Origin: a virus
Length of the DNA stretch: 64,000 nucleotides
Strand: one strand, 5' to 3'
Virus record (IMG/VR): IMGVR_UViG_3300033153_009458
Location: 87,142 to 151,141 of that record
Under the pieces are notes generated by a model that was not told the origin of the DNA, ran no database searches, and saw only the letters and a list, made by a program, of their open reading frames with translations. How positions within the stretch are numbered: the first letter of the stretch is position 1; every line of letters begins with the position of its first letter. Both the position numbers and the translations under genes were made by a program. Positions 38,125-46,500 of the stretch are shown one piece after another.

Positions 38125-38531
38125 CTTTGGATCTCTCTTAAATCTAATTCTTCATTTTTAAAATAAGAAATAATTCTATCAAAAATAAGTAAAAATCTAT
38201 CTGTAAAACTTCGACGCCTAGTTTTACTATCGTATCCTACATATTGTATATTCCAAATTTTTGTTTTTAAACCTTCTCCAAATATTTCATTTTCTTCAAG
38301 ATTATTAATCGCATCTTCATAAAAAGGAAAAGTAATAATATTACTGTTTGGATCACCATTAAACCAATTTAATAATGTATATGCTTGTATAACTTGTCTA
38401 GTATTATATTCGTCTTTAATTGAAGTATTTATAAAAGTTAAATCAGGTGGTATGGTAAATGACCAAGCAAATATTTCGGAGTCTAAATCAAAATTTTTAA
38501 TTTTTTGTAATATTTCATCCGCTGTTTGCAT
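38106..38531 (-). CDS. Hypothetical protein of the radical-SAM operon
   Basis: ORF track. Confidence 0.6.
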   Translation of the reverse strand: MQTADEILQKIKNFDLDSEIFAWSFTIPPDLTFINTSIKDEYNTRQVIQAYTLLNWFNGDPNSNIITFPFYEDAINNLEENEIFGEGLKTKIWNIQYVGYDSKTRRRSFTDRFLLIFDRIISYFKNEELDLREIQRWRPEK

Positions 38532-38532
38532 T

Positions 38533-39075
38533 TTATTTACCTGTTTTTATTTTTGTCAATACATGGTCTGGATTATCAACATCTTTCATAATTTCATCAT
38601 CATCTTCAAGATACTGTAGATAATGTTTTGCAATATCTATACTTGGCGGATTCCAATGTCTGAATTCTCTTAAACGTTTTGATAAATTTTTAAGAATGTC
38701 TATAGCATCTTTTGTAGCCAAATATCCTTGAAGTAATCTTGTTATTAACGCTACATTGTGTTTAATTTTAGAATCTTTAAATGTATTCAAATTCCAATTA
38801 TGCACTAAATAAATCCACGCATTTGAAAAATCACAAAATACTTGATCAATTTCTTCATACAGAATTAAATTTAATAAATTTTCTAAAGTACCTCTTACTT
38901 TATCTATATCTATTTCACTTAATTCTTCATCTTTTCCCAATAATTCAATATGGTTTCTTATAGCTTCATATGAATATATAAATCTATCAAAAGTATCGTG
39001 CCCTAATATGATTTCAGTTTCAACCCTATTGCAAAATAATCCATTAATTGTATCATAACATAATTTTTCATCCAT
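38533..39075 (-). CDS. Hypothetical helical protein of the radical-SAM operon
   Basis: ORF with SD AGGAG. Confidence 0.6.
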   Translation of the reverse strand: MDEKLCYDTINGLFCNRVETEIILGHDTFDRFIYSYEAIRNHIELLGKDEELSEIDIDKVRGTLENLLNLILYEEIDQVFCDFSNAWIYLVHNWNLNTFKDSKIKHNVALITRLLQGYLATKDAIDILKNLSKRLREFRHWNPPSIDIAKHYLQYLEDDDEIMKDVDNPDHVLTKIKTGK

Positions 39076-39081
39076 AATTCT

Positions 39082-40467
39082 TTATTCTCCTAATGTTTTT
39101 TTAATTTTTTTATATGAAACTGCTTGCTCTAAACTTAGAAAATTTACAAAAAATTCAAACAATCCGTGTTCAGATAAAAATTCTATTTGAGCTTTAACTT
39201 TTCCGAATTCAAGTAAACAGACTGAAGGATCGGGTAAAAAAGGATCACCTGTTGCTTCATATTGTGCACCCATACAACCACCTAAACATATTTCTTTAAT
39301 TCCACAACTGACACAATACGGCCAATTTGTGTGATCTGTTGTCATTGTTCCTATATAATATTCAACGTTTTTTGGTTCTATATCAATGATGTTTTCACCA
39401 TCATGTATAAATTTAAATCCATTGAAAGAATCATAAGATTGTCTATGACAAGGTGTAGCTGCTAAATCACTAAGCCGAAGTTGCATTGTTGTCTGTAAAC
39501 TACACCCAATTCCTCTACCAATTTTTCCTATGTTATTAAACATATTCATACGGCTAACATTACACGATGCTTTATCACCGTATCCACCAAATACGAAACC
39601 AAGGATAAAAGTTTCAGGATTTCTATTTAATTTATTGTACGCAAATTCTAATACTTTTTTATAAAAATCTATATATAAATTTACAGTTTTTTTTGTCCAT
39701 CCTTTATTTCTAACTTCTAATAGATATATATTATTCCAATTAATACCAAATTCTTCAAATTTTTCTTGAAACCACATAAAATTTTTGAAAGCATTTTCAA
39801 TATTATCGTAATGAATCATAGGATGAAAACCACATCCATATTGTTTTGAATATTCAAATATTTTATCGTAAAATTCATCTGTATAATAATCGTGCTGATC
39901 TAGTGTATTAATATAAGGTCGATTAACATGATCCATATATTTACCATCAAAAGATGCACTAAGTCCAAAATGTATACCAGCTTCTTTAGCTCTTTTACCA
40001 ATATTTACTACTTTTTCTGTTATAGTATTACTACGTATCCACCCAAAATTTGTTGGTACTACAATGTCTGGTTTTTTATCTGTATTTTTATAGAAATCAA
40101 ATACCATATCAAAAATTTTAAATGTTGATGGTTGTAAAAATATTTCACCCCCAAAAAGTTCAAATACAGCTGGATAATAATTATTCTTACTTAAAAAATT
40201 AAACATAATTTCTGCATTTTTTAGAAGAGTTTTGGTATCAGCCAATTCTGATGGGTGTAATTCTTTTCCATGCCCACTGCGATCATTATAATAACAGTAA
40301 GTACAATTTAGATTGCACCTAGGTTTTAATTGAAATTCTAAATTATCGTATAATTTATGACTGTGGTCTAAGTCACCTTCGAATCTAGGAGTTTTCCAAT
40401 CTTTAAAATGAGTATTCTCTAAATACGTCCACAATAATTCTTTTTGTTCATCTTGGTGTGTTTTCAT
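39082..40467 (-). CDS. Radical SAM/SPASM-domain protein (peptide-maturase-like)
   Basis: CNLNCTYC, FGGE, PTN, SFDG; GCS...TPCHR and CVSC...ICLGGCMG...VC. Confidence 0.9.
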   Translation of the reverse strand: MKTHQDEQKELLWTYLENTHFKDWKTPRFEGDLDHSHKLYDNLEFQLKPRCNLNCTYCYYNDRSGHGKELHPSELADTKTLLKNAEIMFNFLSKNNYYPAVFELFGGEIFLQPSTFKIFDMVFDFYKNTDKKPDIVVPTNFGWIRSNTITEKVVNIGKRAKEAGIHFGLSASFDGKYMDHVNRPYINTLDQHDYYTDEFYDKIFEYSKQYGCGFHPMIHYDNIENAFKNFMWFQEKFEEFGINWNNIYLLEVRNKGWTKKTVNLYIDFYKKVLEFAYNKLNRNPETFILGFVFGGYGDKASCNVSRMNMFNNIGKIGRGIGCSLQTTMQLRLSDLAATPCHRQSYDSFNGFKFIHDGENIIDIEPKNVEYYIGTMTTDHTNWPYCVSCGIKEICLGGCMGAQYEATGDPFLPDPSVCLLEFGKVKAQIEFLSEHGLFEFFVNFLSLEQAVSYKKIKKTLGE

Positions 40468-41871
40468 TTAATTTATTTTCCTTTCTGTTATATATCGTTT
40501 CAAAAATGACTCTACCATTCCATTTCCAAATAATTTGAAATACGAATTAAAATTTAATTGCATAGAACCTAAAAACATTTGTGCATCAACATTACAAGAA
40601 TGCCTAGAATTACAAAAAAAGGCCAATACTTCTGCCATTTCAGTTTCTTTATAACATTTTGAAACTTGACCAGCTTTTGCTAATAATTTTATCATTGCAA
40701 CAGAAAGTGATAAACGATTTTTTGGAAAATCATGAAAACTTCGCATAAAATAAAGATATTCTGTCAATTTTTTATCTGTCAATTCATCAAATTTAATTGT
40801 AAGATTTTTTTCTGCCATTTTACTTCTTCCACTAACAATACTATCCACATTTTTTATGCTTTGTGTTCTATTGTTTTTACCTTGTTGAAGAGTTTCTTCT
40901 TGTAATTTTTCATTGTTTAAAAAAAATGTTGCATGGCAAGGATGCAAATAATCACTAAATCCAAATTGTGAATCACCAGCCGAGCATGTAAACATAGAAG
41001 GTTTTGAAAAATATTGTGGAGAAAGTAACAACAATCCATAAAAAGCTTGATAATAATTACTACCCGGTGATATATACTTAAATCTAGTATTTTGTTGAAA
41101 TTCGAGCGTTTTTTCATATAATTCGTGAAAACAAATTCCATCTAGTTGTGTATATTCATCAGGGCAAACAATAGTTGGATCAACATTTCTTGAAAAAAAC
41201 ATTGCGTGTTTTGTATTTACAGATTCTATTCGTTCAAAAACTTCATCAAAAAATTCATAATATTTTAATATTTCACCATCTTCAAGCATTTTAGGAAATT
41301 GTGTTCTACTCATTGTAGGTTTAAAATGACAGTGTACAACTGTGAAAGGTACATTTTCTATATTGTTAACACCTTCAACAAATTTAACCATATTTTTTAT
41401 AATTGTTTCAGTAGCACCAATTTTTCTATTTTCATCTGTTACCCACTTTGGACCATCAAGAGAAAATTGTACGTGTAATTCAATTTTTCTATCGTCAATT
41501 TTTGGAAAATGTTCTACAAAATTTATTAACGCATTTGTGTGTGATAAAAAATTTGAAGAAAATCCTATTTGTTTTAACTTAGGAAATTTAGACAAAGCTT
41601 TTCTGTAAAATGGTTTAAAATATTTAATTGTTAAACTAGGTTCAGTTCCCCAATGTGTAAAATATTCTAAATCTTCACCGTATAAATCATATAATCTGTC
41701 TATGATTGGATCAACTTCTTGAATTTTTTTAATAACATCTTCATGCATTTGATCTATTGCCGGACTATTTTTTAAAATATGACAATATGTACAATCTAAA
41801 TTACATTTGGCTGAAGAAAATAGTTCAGCGGCAGCCGGTTTATAAAATTTAGAAACGCTAGATAGAAGCAT
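40468..41871 (-). CDS. Radical SAM protein with SPASM/twitch-like C-terminus
   Basis: CNLDCTYC, WGTEP, SSN, SLDG..DENR; TCSAG...PCH and further C-terminal Cys. Confidence 0.85.
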   Translation of the reverse strand: MLLSSVSKFYKPAAAELFSSAKCNLDCTYCHILKNSPAIDQMHEDVIKKIQEVDPIIDRLYDLYGEDLEYFTHWGTEPSLTIKYFKPFYRKALSKFPKLKQIGFSSNFLSHTNALINFVEHFPKIDDRKIELHVQFSLDGPKWVTDENRKIGATETIIKNMVKFVEGVNNIENVPFTVVHCHFKPTMSRTQFPKMLEDGEILKYYEFFDEVFERIESVNTKHAMFFSRNVDPTIVCPDEYTQLDGICFHELYEKTLEFQQNTRFKYISPGSNYYQAFYGLLLLSPQYFSKPSMFTCSAGDSQFGFSDYLHPCHATFFLNNEKLQEETLQQGKNNRTQSIKNVDSIVSGRSKMAEKNLTIKFDELTDKKLTEYLYFMRSFHDFPKNRLSLSVAMIKLLAKAGQVSKCYKETEMAEVLAFFCNSRHSCNVDAQMFLGSMQLNFNSYFKLFGNGMVESFLKRYITERKIN

Positions 41872-41895
41872 TTTTTAGTTCCTTTGTTAAAATTT

Positions 41896-42300
41896 TTATG
41901 TTGGTGGTATATTCCATATTGGATTTACAGTTACATATGCACCCGGTGTTTGCGGCGTATAATCAACACCTTTATGACCTGAGTAATAAGATCCTTCGTC
42001 TGAATAATCAGAACTTGGATAATTGATACTGTATTTAGTGTTATCATCTGATCCATAATGAGTACCTAATATGCCATCTTTATGACTTGGATAATAAGTG
42101 CCTTCGTGTCCATCATAATGGGTTTTATGTTCATTATCATCGTGGCCCGGATAATGTGTATCATATTGAGTTACTTGATCAGCTAAATTAGCTAAATTTT
42201 CATCTACATAACTTACATTATCTTGTATTTCGGTTATTTGTGCTGTTTTTATTGATGTACTTGTTGTGATTGTAGGATCTTCTACCCATGTAAATGACAT
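41896..42300 (-). CDS. Tetrad-repeat His/Tyr-rich protein B (putative radical-SAM substrate)
   Basis: Leader FTW..ITEIQDNV; 4-residue-phased DTHY PGHD ... repeats; SD AGGAG. Confidence 0.7.
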   Translation of the reverse strand: MSFTWVEDPTITTSTSIKTAQITEIQDNVSYVDENLANLADQVTQYDTHYPGHDDNEHKTHYDGHEGTYYPSHKDGILGTHYGSDDNTKYSINYPSSDYSDEGSYYSGHKGVDYTPQTPGAYVTVNPIWNIPPT

Positions 42301-42312
42301 TTATTTCTCCTA

Positions 42313-42837
42313 TTAGGCTTTGAGATACGGATTGTGATTGCCACCTTTAATAGTCACATCATGACCATCTAACGCACCTGGATAATTTCCCGGATAATCA
42401 CCTGGATAATGTGTACTTTTGTGTAAACTCCACTGACTACCATCATGAGTAGGACAATGAGCAGCTTTTTGAACAGATAGCACATTACTCACATAACTTC
42501 CTTTATGCGTTGTTTCTAACGCCGGATTATGGCTTCCATAATGTGTTATATAATGAAATTCATCCCATCCAGTATCAAGAGCAGCTTTATGGGTAATTTC
42601 ATTACCACTTAAATGTGCTCGGCAATAATTTTGATCATCTAAATAATCTGTAGCTAACCTAAGTTCTTCAACATCTAATTCTTCTACGTTTTCACCTTCA
42701 CCGCTAATATCCGTCCAAGACCAATCAGTAGTATCCAATTTTGCAGGATTTGTTGCAACGTCACTTATGTTGACTCGTATTTCCGCGTGTTCTTCATTTT
42801 CAATATCACCTGTTACAGGTAGCCATTCAAAACTCAT
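42313..42837 (-). CDS. Tetrad-repeat His-rich protein A (putative radical-SAM substrate)
   Basis: Duplicated leader motif; 11 of 12 core His residues in one mod-4 register; SD AAGGA. Confidence 0.7.
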   Translation of the reverse strand: MSFEWLPVTGDIENEEHAEIRVNISDVATNPAKLDTTDWSWTDISGEGENVEELDVEELRLATDYLDDQNYCRAHLSGNEITHKAALDTGWDEFHYITHYGSHNPALETTHKGSYVSNVLSVQKAAHCPTHDGSQWSLHKSTHYPGDYPGNYPGALDGHDVTIKGGNHNPYLKA

Positions 42838-42864
42838 TTTTTTTCCTTTTTTGAATTATACGTT

Positions 42865-42872
42865 TATTTATA
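42865..42872 (-). promoter_or_regulatory. Possible late promoter of the repeat-protein/radical-SAM operon
   Basis: TATAAATA about 28 bp upstream of ATG 42837; overlaps the upstream stop codon. Confidence 0.5.
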
Positions 42873-43494
42873 ATCTTAAAACATTACTAAAACACTCAAC
42901 TTTCTTAATATCCCGTTTAGAATTACTTTCTAATGCTTCACCTATGACAAGTTTTTGATCATCTGTTTTTTTAATTTTTCGTGCAAAACCTTCACCAGCC
43001 GGAACAAGTTTATCCCATTTTTTAACAGAACCTTTTACTAATACTGGTACTCGGCCAATCATCGTAATTCCTGGTCCATCGCATCCACGGTTCATTAAAT
43101 GTGCTGGTTTAGTGGTAATAATACCAAAAACATCTGGATCAAGTTCTTTATCAGAAATTTTCAATTCAGAACCTTCTTCTTTGTTTCGACTAGCTAACAT
43201 TCCGGGTTCCCATATTCCTGTTAATGTGTATCGTTCCGCTAAATCTGAATATAGAGCCGCTGTTGCTGTTCCTGTCATTTCATTACAAGCAAAATCACCA
43301 GACGCATCACGTTTAATAATTTGATCTACTGTATTGATAGATGTAGCACCGTGTACATCTTTTGTTCCCATTGTTGCATCCAAATTCTCATGATCTAATA
43401 AATTAGTTTCAATACTAGCAATATTCGGTGTTGTATTATCTGTTTTATGCTTTTTTTTACGTAAAGTAAAACCACTTCTAATTATTGTTGCCAT
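42868..43494 (-). CDS. Tail-fibre-associated protein with peptidase-G2-like intramolecular chaperone domain
   Basis: YSDLAERY, PAHLMN, GRVPVLVKG.VKK.D.LV, VIGEALE. Confidence 0.7.
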   Translation of the reverse strand: MATIIRSGFTLRKKKHKTDNTTPNIASIETNLLDHENLDATMGTKDVHGATSINTVDQIIKRDASGDFACNEMTGTATAALYSDLAERYTLTGIWEPGMLASRNKEEGSELKISDKELDPDVFGIITTKPAHLMNRGCDGPGITMIGRVPVLVKGSVKKWDKLVPAGEGFARKIKKTDDQKLVIGEALESNSKRDIKKVECFSNVLRL

Positions 43495-43501
43495 TTTTAT
43501 C

Positions 43502-46500
43502 CTATACTATTCTTATCCATCCAGTTAATGCAGCATATAAAACCGCAACATCCCACTGAGTTGTTAATGCTAATGATGAAGCCGACCCATTAATAGTTTC
43601 AGAACTATCAGGATCAAGTGTAAATGTTCCAGATGCTCCTATATTTACAAATATAAAAGTTCGTTCTACAACAGACGCCACTGGTAATAAAGTTAATGTT
43701 AATCCACTACCATTATCACCTGTAACAAAATGATCATCAATATCGAGAGTATCAGCTGATACATAATTAGTTTCTTTCGCTGTATGGTATCCAGTAACGG
43801 CTTGATGTTGTGCTAAAATAAGTTGATTATTTTCAAGTGAATTATCTACAGCACCATAATATTCTTCAAAAATTAAACTTTCACTAACACCCAAACCGTA
43901 TAACATTTTTACTGAATAGTGATCATTTTCTTCAAAATCAGTACCAATAAATAATCTTCCGTTAGTATCAGAAGTAAGTTGTAAACTAACACCGTCTTTT
44001 GTATACGATCCATTATTCGGAATAGTGATAATATCATTAGGTGATCCACCACTTCCACTGTCTGTATATATTTCGAACATTTTCTTAATGGACGCAATAA
44101 CCTTATTATCGTAACCGTACATAACACCAAAGCTGTTTATTGTACCTGTTGCACCCCACGTAAAACGAAGATGCAAATCTACAAACCCACCCGTTACAAG
44201 AACAGGTTCATCGTATTTTGGAATTTTTATCCACGTAGAAGGTGATTCATCTATTGAATATTCAACAACCATTCTTGGTTCTTCAACATATTCAGCGTGT
44301 ACTTGAAATCTATAATCGGTTGTTGGTCTTCTTGCTTCCCAAACAACACCGCCAGCATCTTCGATAACAACATCTTCTTCAAGACTATTACTGATCTCAC
44401 GATGTAGATTTCTTATTTCGTACGGTGATAATGTTACACTATAAACTCTGACTTGATCGACATGACCATTTAGAGCTGATGAAGTATTTTTATAAGATCC
44501 GATAATCATTTGATTTACAGTTGAATTACTTAAATCTAATGAGGCTGGTACTGATATTGTTTCAGACGTAACTTCTACACCATCTAAATACATTTTTGCT
44601 GTTGGTCCAGATCCATCGTACGTTGCAACTAAACTATGAAATTTATCAGATATATCTGTAAAAGCATGTACATCAGAAAAACCTGTTAAGCCAAATGTCA
44701 AGTTTCCACTTACTAAAGCTAAATAAAAATCACCGGCTGTTCCAACATAAGGACCAATATCAAATAATCCATCATCCCCTGAAGTTACATTTGCTTGAAA
44801 TGCTAAAGAAACAGAAAAATTTGTCACCGCCGCACCTAAAGCTGTTGGGAATGTAGTTCCGGTATTAATTTCACCGGTTCCCGGTAAAAACATTGATTTT
44901 CCAACATGACCTATATTTACTTGTATTAATTCTGATGATGCTGTTCCATCATAACTATTTGATGTTTCGTCTACGACCGTTGTTCCTGTTACATCATCCA
45001 TTGTATAATGAGCTTCTAAACTCGATGTTGATACTTTATCTGTCCAACTTGGTTCTGATCCTGATGAAGTACCCGCTTCTATACATTCCCAAATCCATGA
45101 ATCTGCAAGAATTTCATCTTCTAATGCCCATGCTTGTATTCCCCACGTATCATCAGTTTCAGATATAATTTGTTTTTGTATGTACTCTGTTGCGATACCG
45201 TTATAAACACTATCATTAAATGATGCATCACCAGTAACAGTTCCCGGTTGAGAAAAAGTATCATAATGCATTCTTAAAAAAGACGATGATTCTAACAAAC
45301 CACTATATTGCATATCTTCTTGCGAAGCCATAACAGGACCATCTTCACCACCTGTTGAAGCAGTAATAACCATATAATAATTTGATCCGATCAATCCAAT
45401 GTATCGACCAACTTCTACACCTGATGGTAAATTAGTTACTTTACCCGGATAAGAAGCTTCTAAAGATAAGTAAACTTTATCACCAATTGCTAACGAAGTA
45501 TTCGTAACCACGTAACCTAAAGTTCCTGTACTATCGGCACCGGTACCTGTATCAGTTCCCATATCAACATAACCTTGAGACTGTACGATACCATTATCAC
45601 CCACTGTTGGCCCTTCAGTACATACACCAATAAAATATTCTTTTGCTGTATTGTCTACAATAGCTCTATCATATTCAAGCCCAGAATTGTCGTATACATA
45701 AACGACATCATATGCATCAACATTACTGTTAAAATGAGCAAATTGATCAATGGCTGTATCGACGTATCGATCACCTAAAATATTAATTAAAATTGTTCCA
45801 CCAGCTGCAACGGTACCTATTGTGACAACTGTTGCCACTTCTATATTATTGGTGTTGCGTTTTGTAGTAGTTAATAAACCACTTGTTGTATACGATAGAT
45901 AAGCTTTGTCACCTACTACCGCTGTTGTGCCTTCTATACTCGTTGTATCGTACGCAACTAAACCGTGTGAAATCATCACACCAGCTGTTGACGTAATACC
46001 AAAAGCTATACCTACAACGGCACTAGCTGGATTATCATCAAAATCTAATTTTGCTTTTGTGTAAGTTGAGTCTGATTTTCTGTATACAAATTCATAATCG
46101 GCTACTGTTCCTTCGAATGTTGCGTTTTCATCTACTGCAAAATTTTCTAAAGAAAGATTTTGACCGATTCTTAAGAATATATAACCAGTTCCAACCGCAC
46201 CTTTAGCGATTACATAACCAACTTCGACGTTATCAGCCGTGTCTTTTGTATTAGATATTGCACCAGCTGAATCTTTTGATAGGTAAAGTTTTTCACCTAC
46301 AGTTACAGTTGAGGCAGCCGCTTGAGTTACGTCATCCCAAATTTTTGTTGCATCTTGTGTGTCGTATGTAACGAAACCACCACTTAAAACACCACCATAA
46401 TCCGTATCAGAAACGTCATACGCTATACCAACAACATCAGCTGTTAGTGGTGTACTATTTAAATTTTGTGCTTGTTTATAGTCACCATCAGATGCGTGAT

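Noticed and set aside
41896-42837. Assignment to known His-Xaa-Ser, SCIFF or CXXX-repeat precursor families
   Set aside because: The period is 4 with His/Tyr, and Cys is nearly absent (two in A, none in B); analogous but not the same pattern.
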